Below, piece by piece: positions 9,301-15,723 of a stretch of DNA of 37,547 bases. The DNA is from an uncultured Anaerolineae bacterium. Lineage in GTDB: Bacteria; Chloroflexota; Anaerolineae; JAAYEA01. The notes beneath the pieces are model-generated. The model made no database searches, had not been told where the DNA came from, and worked only from the letters and a program-made list of their open reading frames with translations. Every line of letters starts with the position of its first letter. The stretch's first letter is position 1. The stretch covers positions 1 through 37,547 of the forward strand of contig CAYPON010000002.1 of the NCBI GenBank assembly GCA_964412315.1. Reading direction: 5' to 3'. Both the position numbers and the translations under genes were made by a program.

Positions 9301-9947
9301 TTGCTGTTGGGGTCATCAACCCAGGCCTGCACTGCTGATGTTATGTCCAGGGAGATGTGCTGCGTCCGATCTGCCGGGCGCAGTATCTTGGTGAGCACAG
9401 GGGTGCCCAGGCGGTCAGATGGGATACCATCGGCGCCGCCTATGCCCCAGGAGGCCCCGACAGCAGCCCGCTCCCAGGTCACCTCGCTTTCCCTCCACGT
9501 CCGGTTGAGGCGATAGACTTTCACCTCCAGGTTTTTGGTGTAGTCACCATACCGATTATAAGTCACATAAAGTTCCAGACTAGCCTGTGTAACGGCGGCG
9601 CCAGCCGGGATTACCGAGATGTCAAACCGGATCAGGGAGCGCTGACTGCCCCCATAGCGAACCCACATCTCGGGATCGGCGCCATAGTTGATGCCCCTGA
9701 AAGAGTCTCGCCCGTCTATGTACGAATCCACGACGCCATTATACCCCCCTACGCCGCGCTGGAAGGTCACCCTATATGTGCCGGATGGGCCGACAGAAAC
9801 CAGGCCTGCCTGAGCTGCCGCTCCAGGCATTTCCATCCCTGCAGCGCCCCAAAGTGCTGCCGTCAGGGCGATGAACGAGCCTATAGCGCAGAGTAATGGC
9901 GTGATTCGCCCTTTGGAGTTGCTATGATGCGACTTGGATGACTTCAT
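6321..9947 (-). CDS. Secreted multidomain protein: 2x DNRLRE/CBM96-like modules + alpha/beta-hydrolase (esterase) + SdrD-B/Cna-B-like domain, joined by Pro/Thr-rich linkers
   Basis: 1208 aa with an N-terminal signal/anchor (LLCAIGSFIALTAALWGAAG..AAAQA). DNRLRE-like modules lie at about 9183..9776 (DSYIDG..NYGADPEMWV..RSLIRFDIS) and 7032..7589 (ADTYIV..NFGSDEMVF..RSALIKFDIS). The alpha/beta-hydrolase core spans about 8080..8680, with nucleophile elbow G-V-S-M-G at 8427..8441. The SdrD-B-like fold WEDRNRNGEQDAGEPPLEGVEVIL..DGRYRFDSLASGQY is at 6540..6833. The protein ends FIHRVYLPILKR. Confidence 0.8.
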   Translation of the reverse strand: MKSSKSHHSNSKGRITPLLCAIGSFIALTAALWGAAGMEMPGAAAQAGLVSVGPSGTYRVTFQRGVGGYNGVVDSYIDGRDSFRGINYGADPEMWVRYGGSQRSLIRFDISVIPAGAAVTQASLELYVTYNRYGDYTKNLEVKVYRLNRTWRESEVTWERAAVGASWGIGGADGIPSDRLGTPVLTKILRPADRTQHISLDITSAVQAWVDDPNSNQGLIFIGSSLPGQTTGYCFAASDVLLQAQRPRLVVTYEGAPPLHTPTPTFTPTATPTPENLNIITSSVGSCIGAGTGLHDDQMRVLLFWQGTPWSAVLVMDEANVDYEHSIYVNNQLVGKSFRNVGGSYCDSRSTKTWQLNPNILINGWNTIRITNDGAYWDGWTATNIKIRLIGAVVGPRWEDISYGERPPYTLQAKVQVPIGYSPDMPVPLLIVLHGWSFDAAAASANTLYHYAMAANEHGWLLVAPQILGHHSASLDIQRDIIRLLHYMQDRYAVDRRRVYITGVSMGAGIAAAVAAKHPDVFAAVAEERGPTDLAEWYYEHPEGSSYRSVLWTEIGDPNLRPFEYQRRSSRHMAQNLKHVPICITHPTSDAIVSVNHGRQLYDALRHYRAEDVVFYEYPGGHNDDFPGNDMQRRSPDGILDFLGQYVLQEDPPHDLHIRNDEATKEYYWLLIEQFLGSGLTTRAHWTEVEARYDPSIGSIWVDVLDDINDPYRTRPPWYAVRLTFNLYRMGLNPHATYTVELYEDESGEFERFQVVPSDGLLTVRMEGQNDPRHFHLTITSGGSIEPVTVRFQEGFDGYSGTADTYIVQYQPSVNFGSDEMVFLSGGNRSALIKFDISSLPSPLLVHAAHLYLTTAWGDGDLDLKAHRVLRPWEEMEANWQYARQGVRWGLPGCEDTTSDRLGIPSDTRRINAANREYRFNVRGLVQYWADHRQENRGILLKGSGTGSYQFHTSEYRLNPAQRPRLEIIYIVATPSPTPTATATRTLTATPTGTGTPEPTPTATATPTATESATTSPTATPLPSATPTPTATFTATPTRSISSAYGIIWEDRNRNGEQDAGEPPLEGVEVILRIPGVAQEVGRYTTQADGRYRFDSLASGQYAVLVVIPDGYKATTSWGSVRYVPPDLVFDVGLCRLPTATPTLTGTLTPTPTDTMTPTRTPRPSNTPTASPTEMGTPTTTRTPKVTATETPTATPFIHRVYLPILKR
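6360..6539 (-). repeat. Coding low-complexity Pro/Thr-rich tract (C-terminal linker of the 1208-aa protein)
   Basis: Translates to LPTATPTLTGTLTPTPTDTMTPTRTPRPSNTPTASPTEMGTPTTTRTPKVTATETPTATP. On the plus strand it appears as degenerate ggtgt/ggcgt repeats. Confidence 0.9.
6834..7031 (-). repeat. Coding low-complexity Pro/Thr/Ala-rich tract (66-aa linker)
   Basis: Translates to ATPSPTPTATATRTLTATPTGTGTPEPTPTATATPTATESATTSPTATPLPSATPTPTATFTATPT. Confidence 0.9.
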
Positions 9948-9979
9948 CCCTACCTCTCGATGTCCAGAACTGTCTTCGC

Positions 9980-10012
9980 AGACCTGACAGGTTTCCCAAA
10001 CCTGTCAGGTCT
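9980..10012. repeat. Perfect inverted repeat (15-bp arms, 3-nt loop) 3 nt after the metallophosphoesterase stop; REP-like hairpin or attenuating terminator
   Basis: agacctgacaggttt-ccc-aaacctgtcaggtct, with arms that are exact reverse complements. No T-tract follows on the coding (minus) strand. The next gene starts 33 nt further on. Confidence 0.6.
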
Positions 10013-10015
10013 CTC

Positions 10016-11479
10016 TCAACCACGTCGAAGTGTGAAGACGGTGATTTCGGGCGGGCAAAGAAACCGGATAGGGAAAAACCGCGTGCCGATGCCGCGATTG
10101 ACATAGAGCTGTGTACTACCAAAACGAAATAGTCCCTGATTGTATTTTCCCCCCAGTTCGGCGTTGACGTAGAGTGGCCCGACGAGTGGCAGCCTTACTT
10201 GCCCCCCATGGGTATGCCCTGACAGCACCAAATCCAGGCCGGCTGCTGCTGCCTGGCCGATGATGTCCGGCGAATGCGCCAGCAGGATGGTAAAGGCCTC
10301 CCGCGGCACTCCGCGCATCGCTTCCGCAAGATTCCCCTTGTTTATGCCGAAATCCAGCCAATGCGGCGGATCGCTTTGGACTGGATAACTCTCGAAATCC
10401 TCCCGCCATGCCAGAGCTTTGCCGGTCACTTGCAGGTCATCGAAGTACTTCCATCCCGGGCCAACGCCCCAGAAGCCAATGGTTCCTGCCTGGGGAGCAA
10501 CAGTCTCTTGCGCGGCACGAACCGTGCAGTCCACCGGCCACTCTGTTGGCTCCGGCTCCCCCTCTTGCCAGATTCTAGCCCGGATCCGTGCCTGGTCGTC
10601 CTCCACTTCCCAGCGAATGCGAAAGCGATACCAGGTGTTCGGCTGAAGCTGCAAGCTGGTGCTCGTTGTCCCTGCGGTGACTTTCGCTCCGCGAGGGGAG
10701 AACTCCCATACAGGCGCGTCTTTGTAACGACGCAGCCGGTAGAAATAATCCTCTCCCAGGGGAAAACGGGAACCCCAGATGACACCTATGCCCCCCGCGG
10801 GATCGGTATAACGCAGACGCCCACTGAACTCATATTCTCCCCAGGCCGTCCAGTCTTCCGGCAAGTAGTGAGCGAAAGAGTTACCTTTGCTAGGCCCCAC
10901 CGCAAGCATGGTGTTTCCTTGCTCGCTGGCCGTAACGCAATCGGCAGAGAAGCCCTCGAGCAGGTGAGCGAAGTCCGTGCCTATTAGATAAAGACGCTCC
11001 CCACCGATATCGAGTTGCGCATGTTGGTTGAGCAAAAGCTTTACCCCGCTCTTTCGTATCCGCCGGACGAGGAGGTCGTTGTGCCCCCCGTAGCGAGTGA
11101 TATCCGAGTTGCCTAGCGTAGCCCAAGTGCCGTAGGGCGTGGGCGGCAACCCATCGAGGAATTTGCCCACCTCCTCGACGCGCCTGAGCCAGATATCATA
11201 GGAAGGCGCGTACTCTATGAAATCCCCTGTGAAGACGATCAGATCGGGTTGCAGTGCACGGATTCGCGCCTGCACTTGCTGCTCATAGCCCCGAAATGCC
11301 TTAATGTGCGTGTCGCTGATCTGGAGGATGCGCAACCCCTGCAGGGAAGCCGGAAGATCAGTGAAGGAGAGAACCGCCTCTTCAACCTGCAACCGGTATG
11401 GTTCGATAAGGAAAACATCCACCAGCAAGAATCCCAGGAGGCTGACCGCGACCAAGGCGGCCCATATTCTTTTTTTCAA
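10016..11479 (-). CDS. Membrane-anchored calcineurin-like metallophosphoesterase (YkuE-like) with a ~200-aa inserted beta-sandwich domain
   Basis: Metallophosphoesterase motifs: LQISDTHI, FTGDFIE, LGNSD..GGHND, LLAHSPD, LSGHTHGGQ. The track ORF (to 11800) would overlap the upstream gene by about 150 nt. The first in-frame ATG/GTG/TTG after that gene's stop is TTG 11479..11477. It gives M-KKRIWAALVAVSLLGFLLV (signal anchor) and sits about 50 nt downstream of a near-consensus promoter. Confidence 0.8.
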   Translation of the reverse strand: MKKRIWAALVAVSLLGFLLVDVFLIEPYRLQVEEAVLSFTDLPASLQGLRILQISDTHIKAFRGYEQQVQARIRALQPDLIVFTGDFIEYAPSYDIWLRRVEEVGKFLDGLPPTPYGTWATLGNSDITRYGGHNDLLVRRIRKSGVKLLLNQHAQLDIGGERLYLIGTDFAHLLEGFSADCVTASEQGNTMLAVGPSKGNSFAHYLPEDWTAWGEYEFSGRLRYTDPAGGIGVIWGSRFPLGEDYFYRLRRYKDAPVWEFSPRGAKVTAGTTSTSLQLQPNTWYRFRIRWEVEDDQARIRARIWQEGEPEPTEWPVDCTVRAAQETVAPQAGTIGFWGVGPGWKYFDDLQVTGKALAWREDFESYPVQSDPPHWLDFGINKGNLAEAMRGVPREAFTILLAHSPDIIGQAAAAGLDLVLSGHTHGGQVRLPLVGPLYVNAELGGKYNQGLFRFGSTQLYVNRGIGTRFFPIRFLCPPEITVFTLRRG

Positions 11480-11536
11480 GCTGTACTCTCTGCCCGCGGG
11501 AGTTGTCTTCAGAGAATCTCCCAGCAGTAACGAAAT

Positions 11537-11565
11537 ATTATACCAGAAGGCTTCCTGAAAGGCAA
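11537..11565 (-). promoter_or_regulatory. Sigma-70-type promoter candidate with extended -10
   Basis: The minus strand reads TTGCCT-N17-(TGG)TATAAT. The -35 is at 11565..11560 and the -10 at 11542..11537, with TG at the extended -10 position. It lies in the 169-nt gap upstream of the metallophosphoesterase gene. Confidence 0.5.
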
Positions 11566-11580
11566 TTAGCCAGTTGACAT

Positions 11581-11647
11581 GGGTGCATTTCAGTCCTGGG
11601 GCGAAACGAGAAATGCACCCGTTGACGTCCGCAACCTTTACGGTTGC
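11581..11647 (-). terminator. Two stem-loops directly after the stop of the 692-aa membrane protein gene (possible terminator or REP-like)
   Basis: gcaacc-tttac-ggttgc (11631..11647) and gggtgcattt-N20-aaatgcaccc (11581..11620, perfect 10-bp arms). No clear U-tract, so not a canonical intrinsic terminator. Confidence 0.3.
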
Positions 11648-11648
11648 G

Positions 11649-13727
11649 CTAATCGGCTTGCGCCGAAAGTTCGTAAACGTAAATCGTATCCGCAACAAAG
11701 GGGAGTTCTGTGCCCCTGGTAGAGGCAAACCAACGGTCGCCCCGGTAAAGTGACTTTTCCGGAAAGAGGCCCACCGCACGCAGGTCACCGCAGGCGGCAA
11801 TGCGCCTGGACACCTCCGGCCAGGTTTCGCCGTAATTCAGCGAAGCGACCAACACATAACGCACTCCCCATCCCCGCAGCAACTCAAGTGATTCCCGCGC
11901 GGGGAATTGCAGCAAAAGAGACCGTTGGGCGATCCACTCTCGTGGGAAAAAGGTCCCGTACCCATAGGCGATCCGCTTGCCATGTAGCGTGGCAGCGTAC
12001 AAGGGAGGGCCATTCAGCGCCCGGCTCAGCGGCAACTCTATTACAGCCAAGTCTCCAGGTTGCTGACGTAGCCATTCCGTGGCCGGCTGGGCACGCACCT
12101 CCGAGGCGCCGTAAGGGAACGGGATGGCTGCATACTCGAACAGCAATGCTGACAGGAAAGCAATGCTCAAAACCGCAGGGGCCCATCCATTGAGACAGTG
12201 TTTTAACGCGAAACGTAAAATGTTCGCCAGGCCACTCCCTGCCAGGATCGAAACGACCAGGATGACGAAAAGGCCGAAACGAGACCACACGCGCATGGCG
12301 TTGGAGAACGGGAAATACAAATAAAACAACATGGCGGGCAAAGGGAGGACGATGTGGCCGGGAAGTTGATAGCCCCAATGGTAGGCGCTGGGATTCAGGG
12401 AGAAACGGGTGATCCAATTGAACATCAGCCGCGTGAAAAGCTTGTCCACTCCCGGCGGCACAGGAATATATAACGGGGCTACATCACGCCAGTGCAGGGT
12501 CGTACCCAGGGAGAGGATAAAGGCAATCGCTCCCACCCAGAGCAGTGCCGAAAAAGTCACCGGGTTTGCTGGCTCTTCCGTTGCATCGTCGCCCTCGGCG
12601 GGGTTGTGCTGATCTGAGGATGAATCAACGCCAAGCCGCAAAGGCGCAAAGAGAATAGAAGTGGAGACGCAACATGTTGCGTTTCTACTTGGCGTTTTCA
12701 TATTTGCCTCATGACGCACGGATGTCTGCCCCGAGAAGCTTTTCCTCAAGCTCCAGATTGCTAGGCCGGCCAGCAACATGGGCACAAATCCCAACGCCAG
12801 GATGCGCTCATAGAAATACAGTTGGCCGCTGTAAAATAGGGTAGTCACCCCTCCCCAAAGCGTTTGCACAGGGTTGGGCAGCAGATAGTCAGCGATGCTG
12901 GCCGACCAGCGATCCACGAACTGCAAAGAGTAGGACATCCCTTCCTCTCCGCTCAGCCGCAAGGTCGGCAGGATGGCGGGCACGACCATTATCGCGGCCA
13001 CAACGACGGCAGCGAACAAGGCAGCCCAGACGTAACGTTCTCGGAGATAATGCCGCCAGGGACGGGCGCGAAACAGGACATATACCGGGAGCAGCAGCCC
13101 AGCCATAAAAGCGTAATACCAGGAGGAGAGGGCAGCCAACCCATAGAATAGGCCAGCGCCGAGGCCATGACTCCAGCGCCTCTCGCGTAACGCCCGTTCA
13201 ATGCTCCAAAGACAGAGGGGCAACCATTGCGTGCCGAGGAGGGGCAGTTGGCCCCCTCCCAGATGGGCCATCCTGTAGGGGCAGAAAGCAAAGATGGCCC
13301 CGCTCACGATCCCGGCAAACCAGCTTTTCGTCAGATAGAACACCAACAGATACATCCCGAAGGCGGACAGGACGAAAGACGCCAGAACGGCAGTGTTATA
13401 GGCAGCTACCTCACCTCCCCAAAGCAACACAGGCAGGGTCAAGATAACGTTGGCCCACGTCGTTTCCGAAGTGCTAAAGTTGTGCCCAAAGGGGTAAAAG
13501 ACGTTTGGATTGATGGTGCTGGGTGCGTGGAGATCGAGACACGTGTGTCTGAACCAGGCGAACCAACTCAGATAATAGTAATTATCTTGCGGGGCGCCCA
13601 GCACCGTTGTCGTGAAATGCGCGGCTAGCGGCCAGGTCATAGCCAGGCTCAAGGCGATGAACAAGGCCAGAGCTGCCAGATGCCATCGTGCGACTGGACT
13701 TCCCACATGGGAAATACGACCGCTCAT
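11649..13727 (-). CDS. Large polytopic membrane protein, GT-C/YfhO-like architecture (putative extracytoplasmic glycosyltransferase); family not assignable by eye
   Basis: 692 aa with many hydrophobic helices (WHLAALALFIALSLAMTWPL, AVLASFVLSAFGMYLLVFYL, LFYGLAALSSWYYAFMAGLLLPVYVLF ...) and a C-terminal soluble domain of about 140 aa. It lies 10 nt downstream of a DPM1/GtrB-like GT2. It carries an in-frame repeat element at 12628..12699. Confidence 0.65.
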   Translation of the reverse strand: MSGRISHVGSPVARWHLAALALFIALSLAMTWPLAAHFTTTVLGAPQDNYYYLSWFAWFRHTCLDLHAPSTINPNVFYPFGHNFSTSETTWANVILTLPVLLWGGEVAAYNTAVLASFVLSAFGMYLLVFYLTKSWFAGIVSGAIFAFCPYRMAHLGGGQLPLLGTQWLPLCLWSIERALRERRWSHGLGAGLFYGLAALSSWYYAFMAGLLLPVYVLFRARPWRHYLRERYVWAALFAAVVVAAIMVVPAILPTLRLSGEEGMSYSLQFVDRWSASIADYLLPNPVQTLWGGVTTLFYSGQLYFYERILALGFVPMLLAGLAIWSLRKSFSGQTSVRHEANMKTPSRNATCCVSTSILFAPLRLGVDSSSDQHNPAEGDDATEEPANPVTFSALLWVGAIAFILSLGTTLHWRDVAPLYIPVPPGVDKLFTRLMFNWITRFSLNPSAYHWGYQLPGHIVLPLPAMLFYLYFPFSNAMRVWSRFGLFVILVVSILAGSGLANILRFALKHCLNGWAPAVLSIAFLSALLFEYAAIPFPYGASEVRAQPATEWLRQQPGDLAVIELPLSRALNGPPLYAATLHGKRIAYGYGTFFPREWIAQRSLLLQFPARESLELLRGWGVRYVLVASLNYGETWPEVSRRIAACGDLRAVGLFPEKSLYRGDRWFASTRGTELPFVADTIYVYELSAQAD
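12628..12699. repeat. Palindromic repeat element (family A, copy 1) inserted in frame in the 692-aa membrane protein gene
   Basis: Outer arms are acgccaag / cttggcgt (12628..12635 and 12688..12695). The inner near-palindrome is 12664..12685, with a perfect 14-nt core cgcaacatgttgcg (12668..12681). It shares the 11-mer aaggcgcaaag and the 12-mer cttggcgttttc with 21183..21245, in the same order and at similar spacing. Confidence 0.7.
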
Positions 13728-13737
13728 TGTGTTATGT

Positions 13738-14466
13738 CTATCGCGGACTTGCGTCCGCAGGGGGTGATTGTTGTAGAGTTTGGGGCAGTGAGTTCCGCCG
13801 GGCGAATCGCTTCCTGAACAGAAACATCAGGTTCGTCAAGCCGTCGCGCCACATGCTCAGCTTGCTTTCGCCGGCCCGGTCACGGTAGTAGATGGGCAGT
13901 TCCTCGGCGTGGATACAGCGATTGGTGAAAGCTTCGATCTTGATCTCCTCCGAAAAGGCCATGCCATCGCTGGTGAGATTCAGGTAGGGCAGGATGCTTC
14001 TTTTGAATAGCCACATCCCCGACTGGGAATCATGGATGCGTACCCAGAAGAGCAGGTTCATGGCCAAACCCAGGAGCCAGTTGCCAAAGACGCGCAGGCG
14101 ACTGGACTTGGTCAGCTTGTGGCCGGTACGGTCGCAGGTAATGAAATCCAGATCCATCTCAAACATGACATCCAGAAGCACAGGGATGAATGTGCGCGGA
14201 TAAGTGCCATCGGCATCCATGGCGACGATAATATCCCCTGTGACGTGACGGAAGCCCGCCTTGTAAGCTGCACCGTAGCCCTGCCGTCTTTCTGGCACGA
14301 CGATGGCGCCCAGTTCTTTGGCGACGATGCTCGTCCCATCCACGGAGTTGTTGTCCACGGCGATCACCTCATCCACGAAGGAGGGCATATCGGACATGAC
14401 GATGCGAATGCCATCTTCTTCGTTGTAGCAGGGCAGCACCACCGATATTTTCCGTCCCTTGTACAT
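13738..14466 (-). CDS. Glycosyltransferase family 2, DPM1/GtrB-like (putative polyprenyl-phosphate sugar synthase)
   Basis: ISVVLPCYNEEDGI, AVDNNSVDGT, VAMDADGTYP (DxD), HDSQSGMWLF. 242 aa with no C-terminal TM region. Confidence 0.85.
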   Translation of the reverse strand: MYKGRKISVVLPCYNEEDGIRIVMSDMPSFVDEVIAVDNNSVDGTSIVAKELGAIVVPERRQGYGAAYKAGFRHVTGDIIVAMDADGTYPRTFIPVLLDVMFEMDLDFITCDRTGHKLTKSSRLRVFGNWLLGLAMNLLFWVRIHDSQSGMWLFKRSILPYLNLTSDGMAFSEEIKIEAFTNRCIHAEELPIYYRDRAGESKLSMWRDGLTNLMFLFRKRFARRNSLPQTLQQSPPADASPR

Positions 14467-14475
14467 CTCGCTCCC

Positions 14476-15645
14476 TTATTTCTCGCTGGCAGCGCGTATA
14501 GTCACCGTGGCATCCCTTGCACCGCCCAACAGCCGGCCTTTCAACTTGGCTCCCTTGAGGATAGCCCATTCCTTGAAGACACAAGGCAATACCAGGGGAT
14601 TGAACAGGATATTGATGGTCAGGAAGCACTCATAGGTACAGAAGCACTTGGTATCTCGAATGTAGCGCCGCAGTTCCTCAGCGCGCTCGCTCGACCAGAT
14701 CGCTTTGAAGTCATAGTTGTAATCGCGCACGTTGCCAATAATGCGATTCACCTGAAGTTCGCAAGGGAGAACCTGCCCCTGGCTGAACATCGCTGCCCCC
14801 AGCGAGCCGGCATAGCAGGGAACCTGGTATCGCTGCTCGCGCACCGTCTTGGCGATGATCCTGGGCCGCACGATGCGCTTGGCATTAAGGACATCGGAGA
14901 AGGGCATTTTGTAGTAGCCGGAGAGAATGTATGCCTTGTTGTCCCGCTCCAGGGCACGGTGCAACTCTTCGTACTTGCGGATGTCAAAGTTCTTGGCCCC
15001 CGCTTCTCTGGGTGCGCCGCGCGTCAGCAGGGTGAAGACCGTGTTCGCGCCCAAGTTGTGGGTGATGTAATCGTACAAATCCAGCAGATAATCCTGGTTA
15101 TAGGCCGAGACGGTGATCTCGACGCAGGTGCTGAAGCGGGGGTAATGTGCTTCCAGCTTGCGCAGTTCGCGGTAGGTGCGCGTGGCCCGCTCAAACAACC
15201 CTGGGAATCCCCGAATTTCATCGTGTGCCTGGCCAATATCATCAATGGAAACGTCAATATGCAGGTCAATATCCGGGCATGTTTTCAGCATCTCTTCCGT
15301 CGTCGCCACTATGCGGTCGGTGAGGCTGCCATTGGTCGGTATCCCCACGTTCAGGGCGTGGTTATTGCGATGAAAGATGCGCACGATCTCGGCGAGATCT
15401 CGACGCAGGAACGGCTCCCCTCCCGTGGGCGTGAAGAAGAGCATGTCGTCCATGCTGGCCGAGACCTTCTCGATCTCGTCAATGGTCAACTCCTTGGTCC
15501 TGACCGCTTCGTCGTGCTCGGCGAGCAAGCAATGCTTGCAGTAGGCATTGCACAGGTCGGTGACGAAATAAACAAAATATAGTGGTGATGCGCCCCGCTT
15601 GTAAAAGATGCGCTTGGCGTATTGCATGTAGTCAAGATAACTCAT
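14476..15645 (-). CDS. Radical SAM protein with C-terminal Cys-rich auxiliary-cluster (SPASM/twitch-like) domain
   Basis: CX3CX2C motif in FVTDLCNAYCKHC; GGEPFL motif; C-terminal cysteines VPCYAGS..LPCE..CFCTYEC. AGGAG lies 11 nt upstream of the ATG. Confidence 0.85.
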   Translation of the reverse strand: MSYLDYMQYAKRIFYKRGASPLYFVYFVTDLCNAYCKHCLLAEHDEAVRTKELTIDEIEKVSASMDDMLFFTPTGGEPFLRRDLAEIVRIFHRNNHALNVGIPTNGSLTDRIVATTEEMLKTCPDIDLHIDVSIDDIGQAHDEIRGFPGLFERATRTYRELRKLEAHYPRFSTCVEITVSAYNQDYLLDLYDYITHNLGANTVFTLLTRGAPREAGAKNFDIRKYEELHRALERDNKAYILSGYYKMPFSDVLNAKRIVRPRIIAKTVREQRYQVPCYAGSLGAAMFSQGQVLPCELQVNRIIGNVRDYNYDFKAIWSSERAEELRRYIRDTKCFCTYECFLTINILFNPLVLPCVFKEWAILKGAKLKGRLLGGARDATVTIRAASEK

Positions 15646-15673
15646 CAGTTGTTATACTCCTGACGGTTTTTCC

Positions 15674-15723
15674 AGCCGGCCTTGGCCGGCTTCAGCTTTC
15701 AGCCCGATGGTTTACCGTCGGGC
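15674..15723 (-). terminator. Two GC-rich stem-loops in the 124-nt gap after the membrane GT2 gene
   Basis: agccggcc-tt-ggccggct (15674..15691, 8-bp stem) and gcccgatgg-ttta-ccgtcgggc (15702..15723, one G.T pair). No U-tract follows. Confidence 0.3.

Noticed and set aside
11574-11579. Plus-strand TTGACA hexamer as a divergent promoter.
   Set aside because: No -10-like hexamer follows at 16-19 nt, and there is no credible plus-strand gene to drive.
11480-11800. N-terminal 107-residue extension of the metallophosphoesterase ORF (track start 11800).
   Set aside because: It would overlap the upstream gene by about 150 nt and would run through two stem-loops and a near-consensus promoter. It also has no protein-like features. 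The TTG at 11479 yields a proper signal anchor.
14032-15582. 516-aa plus-strand ORF. The same applies to the other long plus-strand ORFs, e.g. 1884-2867, 5312-6337, 25585-26322, 31646-32419, 27022-27543 and 28130-28825.
   Set aside because: Each lies antisense to a minus-strand ORF with clear enzyme motifs, and 14032-15582 even spans two such genes. Their products are G/A/R/H/D/V-rich without any recognisable motif, which is typical of stop-poor antisense frames in G+C-rich DNA.
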